A DNA stretch of 64,000 nucleotides from an uncultured Spirochaetota bacterium (GCA_963845535.1 CAWJSK010000012.1:256001-320000), one strand, 5' to 3'. Shown: positions 30,241 to 40,477, numbered from the stretch's first letter. Made by a program: numbers and translations. Notes: generated by a model from the sequence alone, not told the origin.

Positions 30241-31533
30241 TCCAGCGGTGCACGAGTTTCGGTTCCCCGACATCGGAGAAGGTCTTACCGAGGGCAGGGT
30301 TGTGGAGGTACGGGTTGCCTGCGGCCAGCACGTCCGGCAGGGGGACGCCCTTGCCGTGGTGGAGACCGACAAGGTCGTCACCGAGATCCCGTCCCCGTTC
30401 GACGGGGAGATCGTGGAGCTTCCCGTCAGCCCCGGCACGGTCGTTCACGTCGGTGAGATCGTAGCCCTGATTCGCACGGCAGTGGCGGAAGCGGCAGTGG
30501 CGGAAGCCCAGACGGACCACTCGGCCTCCGTCGTGGGCAAGCTTGATTCCACGATTGGCGGGCTTCTCCCGCCCAGCACCGAGGGACTGGTCCCACCTGC
30601 TTCACCTGCACTTGCGGCGTCCCTGTTCAGCGGCAACGGCGCGGAGGCTCACGCCACCGCGGCCGTGCGCGCCACCCCAGCGGTGCGCGCCACCCCCCTT
30701 GCCCGAAGAATCGCTTCAACCGCCGGCATAGACCTCTCCTCCATCCGGGAACCGGCCCGGGAGGCAGGATTCTGAAGAAGGACGTCCAGGAACAGCCGAG
30801 AGGCGGCGCAGCTTCCGAAGCGGCTCAAGAGACCTCTCAGCCGGCGATCGGGCAGCCTCGGCTGAAACTGTCCACGCTCAGGACCGCCATCGCTGTAGCC
30901 ATGGAGAAAAGCCAGGCAATCCCCGCGGCCGCGGTCCACGACTGGACCGTGGTGGATGAGCTTCTGAAGCTGCGCAAGGCGATGAACGAGGGCCTCCGAG
31001 AGAAGCTCGGCCTCCTTGCATTCTTCATCAAAGCCGCGGCAGAGGCGCTGCGCAAGTTCCCGCTCCTCAACTCCATCTACTTCCCCGAAAAGCGGGAGTA
31101 CGAGACGGGGGAGACCCCGAACATCGGCGTCGCGGTGGACACGGATGAGGGCCTCGTGGTGCCCGTCATACGGAGCTCGGACGCGCTCAGCGTTGACGAG
31201 ATCCAGGCGGAGCTGACGCGGCTCACCGCCCGGGCAAAATCCCGGCAACTCGCCCTGGAAGAGATCCGGGGAGGCACTTTCACGATCTCCAACTTCGGCT
31301 CCTTCTCCGGTGTATTCGGAAACCCCATGATCCTGCCTCCGCAGGTGGGAATCCTCGGCGTGGGACGAATCCACGAGATGGCAGTGGTAAAGGATGGGGC
31401 GGTTTCCGCCGCGTCCGTGCTTCCCCTGTCCCTCGTGGTGGACCATCGGCTCATCGATGGCGTCTACGCCTGCAAGTTCCTGGCTCGATTCATGGAGCTG
31501 ATCTCCAAGCCTTCGCTCCTCGTGGCTGCTTAG
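30230..31533 (+). CDS. pdhC: dihydrolipoamide acyltransferase E2 (frameshift near 30750)
   Basis: lipoyl motif VETDKVVTEIP; E3-binding ATPLARR..GTGPGGRI across the shift; GGTFTISNFG; catalytic DHRLIDG. Confidence 0.88.
30479..30697 (+). repeat. short in-frame tandem duplications in the E2 linker
   Basis: 15-bp unit encoding AVAEA x2 (about 30479-30507) and 18-bp unit encoding AVRATP x2 (about 30662-30697). Confidence 0.6.
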
Positions 31534-31664
31534 GATCGTTTTCAAACGATATCTCCCGCAAGGGGTGGCCTGTGCATTCCGGACACGCGGCCACGTCACG
31601 ACATCGCCTGCCCCTTGTTCGTAGATTCGCAAAGGTCGCTGCAGCGAACGGCCCATCCTCGCCT

Positions 31665-31698
31665 TTGCCTATACCTGAGTAAAACACTAATATATAAT
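31665..31698 (+). promoter_or_regulatory. sigma70-type promoter of sodA
   Basis: TTGCCT, 17 bp, TAATAT, with an overlapping TATAAT; AGGAGG SD before ATG 31727. Confidence 0.5.
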
Positions 31699-31726
31699 CG
31701 TCTTGTGAACCCATAGGAGGTAGAAA

Positions 31727-32338
31727 ATGCCGTTCACACTTCCGGATCTTCCGTATCCTTTCAGCGCCCTTGAGCCGCACATAGACGCCAAGACCATGGA
31801 AATCCACCACGACAAGCACCATGGAACGTACGTCACGCGCCTGAATGCCGCTCTGGAGAAAGCCCCTGCCTTCCAGAACAAGCCCATCGAAGAGATATTG
31901 CAGTCACTGGACAAAATCCCCAAGGAGGTTCAGGGAGCCGTCCGCAACCATGGCGGCGGGCACTACAATCACACGTTGTTCTGGAAGATGCTTGCTCCCC
32001 ACGCGGGCGGGAAACCCTCGGGAGACCTGGCAAAAGCCATCGACAAAAAGTTCGGAAGCTTCGACGTGTTCAAGGAGCAGTTCACTACCGCAGCCTCGAA
32101 CCTTTTCGGAAGCGGTTGGGCGTGGCTCGTGGTTGATCCTTCCGGCGACCTTTCGGTCACCACCACTCCGAACCAGGACAACCCGGTTTCTCAGGGGCTG
32201 AAGCCGATCTTCGGCCTCGACGTCTGGGAGCACGCGTACTACCTGAAGTACCAGAACAGGCGGCCCGAGTACATCACCGCTTTCTGGAACGTCGTGTCCT
32301 GGGGCAACATCGAGGACAACTTCAAAAAGGCGCAGTAA
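31727..32338 (+). CDS. sodA: superoxide dismutase, Mn-type
   Basis: [28 protein letters not shown] (GG and Q residues typical of Mn-SOD). Confidence 0.93.
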   Translation: MPFTLPDLPYPFSALEPHIDAKTMEIHHDKHHGTYVTRLNAALEKAPAFQNKPIEEILQSLDKIPKEVQGAVRNHGGGHYNHTLFWKMLAPHAGGKPSGDLAKAIDKKFGSFDVFKEQFTTAASNLFGSGWAWLVVDPSGDLSVTTTPNQDNPVSQGLKPIFGLDVWEHAYYLKYQNRRPEYITAFWNVVSWGNIEDNFKKAQ

Positions 32339-32343
32339 GAGGG

Positions 32344-33183
32344 ATGGCGGCAAAACGCGTCGTCGTGACCGGGGGAAGCGGGAAAGCCGGGCGCGCAATC
32401 GTTCGGGATCTGCTCGAGCATGGCTATGAGGTGCTGAACGTGGACCTTGCGCCGCCCGCGGAACGCCTGTGCCCGTTCCTCAAGGCGGACCTGTGCAAGT
32501 CGGGTGAGGTTTTCGAGAGCCTTCAAGGCTTCAACGCCGTGGTCCACATGGCGGCCATCCCGGCCCCCGGTCTGATGACGGAAGAGGCGACGTTCCGCAC
32601 CAACGCGGAGTCGACGTTCAACGTTTTTGCCGCCGCCACAGCGCTGCGGTTGGAGAGGGTAGTCTGGGCTTCCAGCGAGACGACCCTCGGCCTGCCCTTT
32701 GATCGTGAAAAGCCTGCGTTTGCGCCGATCGATGAGAGCCACCCCTTGTACCCGGAATCCAGCTATGCGCTCTCCAAAGTGCTCGGGGAGGAAATGGCGC
32801 GGCAGTACAACCGATGGACGGGCATCCCGTTCGTCGGGCTTCGGTTCTCAAACATCATAGAGCCGGGAGACTACCAGGCATTCCCCTACTGGAAGGACAC
32901 AAAGCTTCGGAAGTGGAACCTCTGGGGATACGTGGATGCGCGCGACGTTGCGCAAAGCTGCAGGCTGGCCCTGGAGAAACCCGCCCGAGGCGCGGAGGCG
33001 TTCATCATTGCCGCGGCTGACACGGTCATGAATCGGCCGAGCAAGGCGCTGATGGCGGAGGTCTACCCTTCAGTCTCTCTTCGGGGGGATGTGGGGGAGT
33101 TTGAAACGCTTTTGTCGATCAAAAAGGCCCGCTCGGTGCTCGGCTATTCGCCCCGCTGGTCCTGGCGGGACCACCTCAAATAG
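32344..33183 (+). CDS. NAD-dependent epimerase/dehydratase family protein
   Basis: VTGGSGKAG, WASS, YALSK, YVDARDVA. Confidence 0.88.
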   Translation: MAAKRVVVTGGSGKAGRAIVRDLLEHGYEVLNVDLAPPAERLCPFLKADLCKSGEVFESLQGFNAVVHMAAIPAPGLMTEEATFRTNAESTFNVFAAATALRLERVVWASSETTLGLPFDREKPAFAPIDESHPLYPESSYALSKVLGEEMARQYNRWTGIPFVGLRFSNIIEPGDYQAFPYWKDTKLRKWNLWGYVDARDVAQSCRLALEKPARGAEAFIIAAADTVMNRPSKALMAEVYPSVSLRGDVGEFETLLSIKKARSVLGYSPRWSWRDHLK

Positions 33184-33205
33184 TAATAACCGCCGCTCGG
33201 GAGTA

Positions 33206-33397
33206 CTAGACCACTTTCACGATCTTGCCGCCGCGCAGGCAGCGGGTGCACACCTTGAGAGTGGTCTTGGTCAGTCCGACCATGGTCTGGACTTTATGAA
33301 GATTGGGCTTCCACGTGCGGCGCGTCCTGTTCTTGGCGTGGCTCACCTTGTTGCCCGTTACCGTCCCCTTGCCGCATATGTCACACCTGCGTGCCAT
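33206..33397 (-). CDS. rpmB: 50S ribosomal protein L28 (Zn-ribbon form)
   Basis: [33 protein letters not shown]...VCTRCLR. Confidence 0.96.
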   Translation of the reverse strand: MARRCDICGKGTVTGNKVSHAKNRTRRTWKPNLHKVQTMVGLTKTTLKVCTRCLRGGKIVKVV

Positions 33398-33436
33398 AAT
33401 TCCCTCACATTGCTCTGTTTGAGTGCTTGACTCGGA

Positions 33437-33465
33437 AACATACAGAAAAATGGCGCTTATGTAAA
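33437..33465 (-). promoter_or_regulatory. sigma70-type promoter of rpmB
   Basis: minus strand TTTACA, 17 bp, TATGTT. Confidence 0.6.
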
Positions 33466-33509
33466 GGGGCCGGTCAGGCCGGTCCGATCCGGCCGGCGCT
33501 CCCGGCCAC

Positions 33510-33872
33510 ACAAGGAGTTGCCTACACGCACCTCGTGCTTCCATTATTACTAGCGGGGATTGGAGTTTCCATGGTGCTGCCAACCGCACCGACTGCCGCG
33601 CTCAGCTCGGTCCTCCCGACTGACATGGGCAAGGCCGCGGGCGTCAACAGCACGCTGCAGCGCTTCGGCAGCGCTTTTGGGGTGGCCATGGCAACCGCGG
33701 TCTTCGCGGCACACGGCCACCTGGGGGCCGCCATGAGCTTCGACGCGGGCTTTCGGCCTTCGCTCGCGCTCGCCTTTTCTCCGTGCTCGGCGCCGCCGCC
33801 GCTCTTGCCGCGGCGGGACGGGCGGAACGTGTGACGAATCGCGAGCCCGTGGCAGTGTCGGTCAACTCGTAG
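33510..33872 (+). pseudogene. C-terminal remnant of a DHA2-type MFS transporter
   Basis: [52 protein letters not shown] resembles the last MFS helices; N-terminal three quarters absent; frameshift near 33780. Confidence 0.65.
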
Positions 33873-33907
33873 ACCGGCCCGCGGGGTTGCGGGAAGGGAG
33901 CCACGGT

Positions 33908-34403
33908 ATGTCTGAAGAAGACCAGGGTCAGCAGAACAAGCCTCTCTTTGGCAGCAGAGCGCGCGCGGTAGCGGACCTTGCCGAGGGCCACATCCTTGCC
34001 ACAGTGGAAGTGCCGGCTCCTCCAGAGCGCGTGTTCCTGGCCCTGACCTCAGGAGAAATCACCGAGTGGTGGGTGAGGGCTGGCGTCTTCGACACGAGGG
34101 AATGGACCGGTGACGTCCGGGAAGGCGGCGTCTGGCGCGCCACCGGGGTGGGCAACGGCAAGCCCTACGCGCTGGAGGGTGAGTTCCTGGAGGTCAATCC
34201 GCCCCGAAAGCTCGTGCACTCCTGGCGCGCTGCCGGGGCGCCAGGCGGTGAGCCCACCACGGTCACTTACCTCCTGGAGAGGCTGGACGGGGGGAACGCG
34301 GGTGACACTGCGACACACGGGGTTCGCTTCCCGTGAGGCGTGCCTCAACACCTGCATTGGGTGGGAGACGAGCTTCCAGAAACTGGCGGAGATCCTTTTG
34401 TAG
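33908..34403 (+). CDS. SRPBCC/AHSA1-domain protein (frameshift in G run near 34290)
   Basis: APPERVFLALT..ITEWW, GEFLEVNPPRKLVHSW, TRVTLRHTGF, GWETSF. Confidence 0.8.
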
Positions 34404-34418
34404 AAGGGCGGAGCCGCC

Positions 34419-34486
34419 CCGCGCACGAGCCCGCCTCGACCGCAGCGGCGGGCTGGGGCGCCGAGCGCCGGCCCGCTCGTGCGCGG
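34419..34486. terminator. GC-rich branched stem-loop between convergent genes
   Basis: perfect 12-bp inverted repeat CCGCGCACGAGC / GCTCGTGCGCGG enclosing AGCCCGCC / GGCGGGCT. Confidence 0.45.
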
Positions 34487-34495
34487 CCTGGGGGC

Positions 34496-36476
34496 TTACG
34501 CCAGCATGACCTGCCCGCCGGTCACGGGCAGGGCCTGCCCTGTCTCGTATTCCTGTTCCACGAGGTAGAGGATGGCCCGCAGGACGTCCTCCACCCTGCA
34601 TCCCCGGCGCATGGGCACGCGGGATTCGTAGGACGCGCGCACGTCCTCCACCGTCTTTGCCCCGGGGACCTTCCCCGTCTTCAGGTATTGAACGAACAGC
34701 CCCGTCTTCGGATCCGACCAGAGAGGTCCCTCGAAGAAGTTCCCCGGGCAGATGGCGTTCACCTTGATGGAGTGCTCCACCAGCTCGAGAGCAAACGACT
34801 GGGTGAGGCCGATCCCGCCGAACTTGCTCCCCGCGTAGGCGAAGTTCTTGTTGCTTCCCTCCAGGCCGGACTTGGAGTTGATCTCGATGACGTCCATGAA
34901 CCGGCCCGGTGCATGTTGATGCTGGAGCTTCATGATGGGAGACAGATGCTTCACGCAGAGGAAATACCCCGTGTAGTTCACCCGTGTGACGAAATCAAAG
35001 GCTTCCGGGGTCATCTCCTCCAGGGAGCCGGCCTTGAGCACGCCGGCATTGCTTACCAGGAGATCCAGCCCGCCAAAGGCGCACACGCACTCCCGAGCAA
35101 GGGCCGAAAGGGACGCCGGATCCGTGACGTCCGCCCGGGAAAAAGCCGCCCGGTTCGCCGCGCCTCCGGCAACCGCCGCGGCATTCAGCTCGACAGCAAG
35201 CGCGCGGCCAGCCTGCTCGTTCAGGTCCGCAATGAGGACATTGGCCCCTTCCCGAAAGAGCCCGTCAGCAATCCCCTTGCCGAACCCCTGGGCTGCGCCG
35301 GTAACCAGGGCCACGCGCCCGTCCACCCGCCGCCGGGTGGAGGCGCTCTTTGCAACCTTGCGGCGATAGTTCTCCACCTCCCACGTGTCGATGAACTGGA
35401 TGTCCCTCGGCGTGAGGAACTTCGGGCCTCCGAAGTTTTCCGAAAGCCAGCTCACTTTCATGAGGTCCTCGAACACGTCCAGGCAGATCTCCACGGAGCG
35501 CGCGCTGTCCTCCACGGCCACGAGCCCCACGGCGCTGATCATGAGCATCTTCGGCGGGTAGCCCCAGCGCTTCTTGTATTCCGCAAGTCCGGACGGGAAA
35601 GCGGCCAGCGCTTCCTCGGGGTCCTTCTTGAAGTCGAGAAACAACGGCGCGGATTTGCAGTACACGATGTCGTCCGGCATGAAAGGGAGGGAAATCTTCT
35701 CCCGGTTTTCCGGACGCAGAAAATGCTGGACAACGGTGGAGTTTCGGACACCGGCCACCTTTGCGTCTCCCCTTCGGAAAGCAGCATGCGAAGCGCGGGG
35801 ACTACACGGGCCACCGCGTCCGCGACGGGGAGGGGCTCCCCCGCAAGAGGTTTTCGGAACTCTCCCGCGAATCTTGGAGAAGACATCCTCCGTGAGGGAA
35901 CGTATCTCAGCGGTAGTGTTGGCTGCAACCACGAGCCCGTGGTTTCTCATCAGCACGACATGCGGATGCGCGCCGTGGCTTTTCTTGTGGCGGGAGAGCT
36001 CGTCCCACATCAGCTTTGCAAGGCGATATCCAGGATCAGTGTACGGGACAAGGAGCGCGGCGTCCCCGAACAGCTCTTGCATCACGTTCTCAGCGTCCCG
36101 GGCGCACATGAGCGCGTTGACTCTCGAAGGGATGCGTGTGAACGACGTATTTCCAGTCGAGCATCTCATGAAGGGAGCTTTCCACGGACGGACGTCCGCC
36201 CTTCTCAGGGTCCGTCCGGCTCGACAGCAGGTCATTCTTGATCTGCTCTTCCCGCTGAAAAGGCTCCTCGGCGTACGTGCGCGAAAGGATCTTCCGCACG
36301 GACGGCCGGGACAGCTCGACGAAGCCGGCTTCCGTGATGTCCCGAAGCCCCACGCCGCTTGCCTTGATGGCGAAGCGTTCTTCGTCCTTGACCGAGGTGT
36401 TGCCGCCGCCGGCAATCGTGAAATCGTTTCCCTTCCCGTAGAAGCGGGATATCTCGATGAGCTCTTTCAGGTCCAT
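34496..36476 (-). CDS. class II aldolase / SrlD-like short-chain dehydrogenase fusion (frameshifts near 36125 and a compensating pair about 35770-35850)
   Basis: AGGGNTSVK, RPSVESSLH, VHTHP, MRNHGL, PDDIVY; SDR TGAAQGFG, NSKSG, YAGSK, CPGNFF. Confidence 0.8.
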
Positions 36477-36486
36477 GCAGGCGCTC

Positions 36487-37758
36487 CTATCGACGTTTGG
36501 AGAGGACGGTCTTTTCGTATTCCTCGACTTTTTCCAGCCAGCCGGCTCCCGCGGGCACTTTCTGCATGAGGCAAAACTGGTCCCAGACCGCGCCGTAGGG
36601 AAGGTCCTTGATCTCCTCCATCAGCGCAAGGCGCGCGGTAAGGTTTCCGGCCGCCTCTTCTTTCCTCAAGCTGTCCGAAGGTTCCAGAAGCGCAAAGAGG
36701 ATGGCCTTCATGGTAGCGCGGGCGCCGATCACCCATGCCGCCACGCGGTTGATGCTCGCATCGAAATAGTCGAGGGCCACGTGGACGCGGTCCCAGGCGT
36801 CTGCCCGCGCCACCTCGAGAGCGGCGGCCTTCACGTCGTCCCCGAGGATGACCACGTGATCACTGTCCCAGCGGACGCCACGGCTCAGGTGGAGGAGGAG
36901 CTCGGGAACGAACAGCAGCATGGCGGTGATCTTGTCCGCCACGGACTCCGTGGGGTGGTAGTGCCCCATGTCCACCGTGAGCATGACGTTGTTCTTTACG
37001 GCGTAGCCCAGGTAGAACTCATGGGAGCCCACCACGTAGCTTTCCGAGCCTATGCCGAAAAGCTTGCCCTCGAGGGAGTCCTTCATGAACCTCGGGTCAT
37101 GCTTCTTCTGGAAGATCCGGTCCAGGGATTCCTGGAGAAGCGCGCGCGGGGCGTGGCGGTCCGCGGGAACGTCCTTGTAGCCGTCCTGGATCCACAGGTC
37201 CACAATGCAGGGACTGCCCAGCTCCCGGCCCATGACCTCACCGATCTCTCGCGTGCGCAGGGAGTGGTTCACCCAGAAGTCCCTCACCTTCTTGTCCCGG
37301 GAGGAAAGCGTGAAGCCAGTCTCCGCCAGAGGGTGGCTGAAATACGTCTCATTGAGGTCCAGGCCGATCCCGAGCTTCTTCGCCCAGGCGATCCATGCGC
37401 TGAAAAGATCCGGGCTCAGGGCGTCCCGATCCACCTTCCTGCCGCCGTAGTCTCCATACGTGGCATGAAGGTTGGCGCGGTGTTTGCCGGGGATGAGGGA
37501 AAAGGCCAGCTCATAGTCAGCGCGAAGCTCAGCGGGGGTGCGGGCCTTGCCGGGGTAATTTCCGGTGGCCTGGATTCCGCCCCCGTACAGACCGCCCCCC
37601 TCGAAACCTCCCACGTCGTCTCCCTGCCAGCAATGGAGGGAGAGCGGTATATCCGCCAGGTTGGCAAGGGCCTGGTCGGTATTGATCCCCCACAGCGCGT
37701 ATGTCTTTTTTGCGGCTTCGTAGCCGCGCGAGATCATGTCATCAGTGAGCGTCTGCAT
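36487..37758 (-). CDS. rhaA: L-rhamnose isomerase
   Basis: SLHCWQGDDVGGFE, GNYPGKART, WIQDG.KD, EGKLFGIGSESYVVGSHEFY, DMGHYHPTE, VRWDSDHV, DYFDASINR. Confidence 0.95.
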   Translation of the reverse strand: MQTLTDDMISRGYEAAKKTYALWGINTDQALANLADIPLSLHCWQGDDVGGFEGGGLYGGGIQATGNYPGKARTPAELRADYELAFSLIPGKHRANLHATYGDYGGRKVDRDALSPDLFSAWIAWAKKLGIGLDLNETYFSHPLAETGFTLSSRDKKVRDFWVNHSLRTREIGEVMGRELGSPCIVDLWIQDGYKDVPADRHAPRALLQESLDRIFQKKHDPRFMKDSLEGKLFGIGSESYVVGSHEFYLGYAVKNNVMLTVDMGHYHPTESVADKITAMLLFVPELLLHLSRGVRWDSDHVVILGDDVKAAALEVARADAWDRVHVALDYFDASINRVAAWVIGARATMKAILFALLEPSDSLRKEEAAGNLTARLALMEEIKDLPYGAVWDQFCLMQKVPAGAGWLEKVEEYEKTVLSKRR

Positions 37759-37781
37759 GCGCAGAGGATATGGCCGATGCT

Positions 37782-39095
37782 TCAGTTGGTCAATGCGGCT
37801 ATGGCCGCGCCCAGGAGAGGGGCGTCGCTGACGGAGGTGATTTCCCACGCGCGCTCATGTTCGCCCGTCAAGATCCTTCCGACGTGCGACTGTACACGCT
37901 TGTGAAACGATGCAAGCTCCCAATAGGTGGTCCCGTCCACGGTGACGCACACCGGAACGGCCGGCTCCCTGCCCTTGCCTGTCTTCAGCACCACGGCCGA
38001 AATGGTGACAGCCACGAGAAGCGCGGCCCGTTCGACAACCGCATCCAGAAGGCTGAGCAAGCCCTGGCGGTCCGCTTTCGGCAGGCGGAGGCACAGCGAG
38101 CCAAGCGGATTGTCCGCGGCTTCAGGGTGCAGGAGAAAGTCATTCAGCTCCCGCGTCGAAAGCTCCTGAAGGCCCGCCACGCCCCGGGCAGCTTCGGCGG
38201 AAAAACAGCCCGCCGCGGCGGCTTCACGGGCGGCAAAGAGCCCCAAAGGCCCCAGATACGCCCCTGAGATCATCTTTTCGTGCCGGTATCTAGTCGGCGT
38301 TGCCGTGGTAGCGTCGAATGCATCATCCACGGTGCCGGCGGGTGAAAGGGCGAAAGAGCCGGACTCCGTATTGATGACCTGGGATCCGGAAGGGTCAAGC
38401 CCGGAGAGCTTTCTGATGAGCGGGTTCTTTTCGACGTAGGAGGCGTTGATACCGGTGCCGCAGACAATGCCGACAAAGTCATCAAATCTCCGGCCGGGGG
38501 CGGCATTTCTGCCGGCAAGGAGCGTTGCCACGGTGTCATTGAGGAGCACGACCCTGGGCGGCCGCTTCACGCCCGCGCTTTCCAGCGCCCTGGTGAGGTT
38601 CTTCCCCAGGACCTGCCCGTCCACGCCCCTCGCCTTGACTTCCTTGGTGAAATGGATGAGCTTCCCGTCCTTGTCGGGAAGGATCTCCGCGGGATAGGAG
38701 AAACAGAAGCCAATGGTTTCCGACCTGCCGGCAAGCGGCCTCACGTAGGCGGCAAGCGCGCGAAAGAACTCATCCTTCCCGATCTCACCTTCGGTGCCGG
38801 GCATCCGGTGCCGAGTCAGATCTTCCACCAACGCCTTCCCGTCCGCGTCGAATGTCACCGCAGCCACGCGCAAGTTCGTGCCGCCCGCATCCAGGGCAAT
38901 CACCGTGCGGCCGCGGGGCAGCTCCCGCGCTGTCTCCATGTACGTGGGGATCATGACGAGGGAAGACGGCTCCCCGTTCAGGCCCCGAGTCATCTCGGCC
39001 AGGAAGTCGTCGCAGCAGCGGAGCGCATCGATTCCTGCCGTGTGCATTTTCCGGGCCTTGAGGAACTCTTCGACTGACATGCGAGCGGCGGGCAT
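37782..39095 (-). CDS. hexokinase (eukaryote-type family)
   Basis: LVMIPTY, LDAGGTNLRV, GFCFSYP, FTKE, LNDTVATL, GTGINASY, INTESG, EKMISGAYLG. Confidence 0.9.
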   Translation of the reverse strand: MPAARMSVEEFLKARKMHTAGIDALRCCDDFLAEMTRGLNGEPSSLVMIPTYMETARELPRGRTVIALDAGGTNLRVAAVTFDADGKALVEDLTRHRMPGTEGEIGKDEFFRALAAYVRPLAGRSETIGFCFSYPAEILPDKDGKLIHFTKEVKARGVDGQVLGKNLTRALESAGVKRPPRVVLLNDTVATLLAGRNAAPGRRFDDFVGIVCGTGINASYVEKNPLIRKLSGLDPSGSQVINTESGSFALSPAGTVDDAFDATTATPTRYRHEKMISGAYLGPLGLFAAREAAAAGCFSAEAARGVAGLQELSTRELNDFLLHPEAADNPLGSLCLRLPKADRQGLLSLLDAVVERAALLVAVTISAVVLKTGKGREPAVPVCVTVDGTTYWELASFHKRVQSHVGRILTGEHERAWEITSVSDAPLLGAAIAALTN

Positions 39096-39102
39096 GGGAG
39101 AG

Positions 39103-39131
39103 AGCCTACCCGGCAGCCACTTTCCTGTCCA
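39103..39131 (-). promoter_or_regulatory. leaderless-type promoter of hexokinase
   Basis: minus strand TGGACA, 17 bp, TAGGCT, 7 nt, ATG at 39095. Confidence 0.6.
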
Positions 39132-40470
39132 GAGAGCCTGGAGCAGAAACGGCGCGCGCGTAGGCAACGGCCTCTGCAATGTAGCCAATGGCTTCCTCCA
39201 GGCGGCGCGTCTCCTCATAACCATAGGAGAATCGAAGCTGCCGCCGGCCGGCCTGGACCATGGTTCCCTTGGGGTGCACGCAGAACTCCCCGGGGATGTA
39301 GGCCACGCGCGGGAGCTTACCCTCCGTGGGGCCGTCCACACTCTCCACGCCAGTGGTGCGGCTGAGGCATCTGAAGAACGGAGAACCCTCCGCCGTGCAG
39401 ACGTCCCGAAGCGTGAAATAGTAATAGAAGCTCGCCTGGCCTCCCCGGCATTCCTCCATGACGTCTCCCAGCGCGGAGTCGAGCCACCCCTTCACCGCCA
39501 GCGCCTTCTGCCGGTAGCCGTAGTTCACCCGTTCCAACTGGCGGTCAATGGCGTTGTCCAGGAGCCAGCTCGCTATCTCCTGGTTTATCAGGGGCGCGCT
39601 GAAACCAACGTCACTCGTGTGCTGGATCATGGCCTGGAGAAAGGGGCCATCCTCCGCGATCATGTAGCCGATCCTGAGCCCCGGAGCGATGATCTTCGAA
39701 ACGGTCCCGATCTCTAGCACGATGCCCATCTCGTCATCCCGCAAGCCCGAAAGCGGCTTCTCCACGGACGGATCATGGATCAGGTCCTCATACGCCTTGT
39801 CTAGGACGAGCGGGACCTGCCGGTTCAGCCTCCGGGAAAGGCCGGCGGCCAGGCGGACCAGGCCGCTGCGCTCCGTGTTGGCGATGATGGTGGCGCTGGG
39901 ATTGTTCACGGTCACCACGTACAGGAAGCTCACATCGGAGACCGCGTTCCCCAAGGCGTCCAGGCGCGCCGCCACATCATCCGCATGCAGGCCGTCAGCG
40001 CGTTCCGGGACGGTGACCACGGTGAAGCCCGAGCGCTCCAGGAAATCCGTGTAGATGTAGTACATCGGATCAGTCGTGATGACGATGCCGGGCCGCAGCA
40101 CGCGGGCAATCCCCTCCAGGATGCTCGTTGCCCCGTCAGGGCCAATGATGATCTGTTTGCGGGAAAGGACGTCACGGGTGAGACCGCCAATCCCGCGTGA
40201 CAGGTAATACTCCCTGATGGACTCGATCAGGCGCGCCGAGCCCTGGGGACCGCCATAGTTCAGGGAGGAACGGTACGTGCGGGGGTGGGCCAGGACCTCC
40301 GTGAGCGCCTTGCGGATGAGCGTGCGTGGAATGGTGTTCTCATTCACGTACCCGACCCCGAGGTTGATGTCGATCCCTTCCCGAAACTCCGAAGCAAAGG
40401 ACGACATCATGCGGTTGACAGGTGATGGTTCTCGCGAGAGGGCGCCATATTCCGAAAGCAGGACTTCCAT
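39106..40470 (-). CDS. PLP-dependent class I/II aminotransferase
   Basis: INLGVG, NYG..QG, NNPS, DKAYEDL, GTVSKIIAPGLRIGY. Confidence 0.88.
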   Translation of the reverse strand: MEVLLSEYGALSREPSPVNRMMSSFASEFREGIDINLGVGYVNENTIPRTLIRKALTEVLAHPRTYRSSLNYGGPQGSARLIESIREYYLSRGIGGLTRDVLSRKQIIIGPDGATSILEGIARVLRPGIVITTDPMYYIYTDFLERSGFTVVTVPERADGLHADDVAARLDALGNAVSDVSFLYVVTVNNPSATIIANTERSGLVRLAAGLSRRLNRQVPLVLDKAYEDLIHDPSVEKPLSGLRDDEMGIVLEIGTVSKIIAPGLRIGYMIAEDGPFLQAMIQHTSDVGFSAPLINQEIASWLLDNAIDRQLERVNYGYRQKALAVKGWLDSALGDVMEECRGGQASFYYYFTLRDVCTAEGSPFFRCLSRTTGVESVDGPTEGKLPRVAYIPGEFCVHPKGTMVQAGRRQLRFSYGYEETRRLEEAIGYIAEAVAYARAVSAPGSLDRKVAAG

Positions 40471-40477
40471 GGGCGGC

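Noticed and set aside
29580..30760. Programmed ribosomal frameshifting in pdhB/pdhC and other split genes
   Set aside because: No consistent slippery heptamer or stimulatory structure; shifts occur in both directions in unrelated genes, as expected for indel errors
31534..31726. yybP-ykoY manganese riboswitch upstream of Mn-SOD
   Set aside because: Conserved riboswitch core not recognised, and the hairpins lie upstream of the predicted sodA promoter
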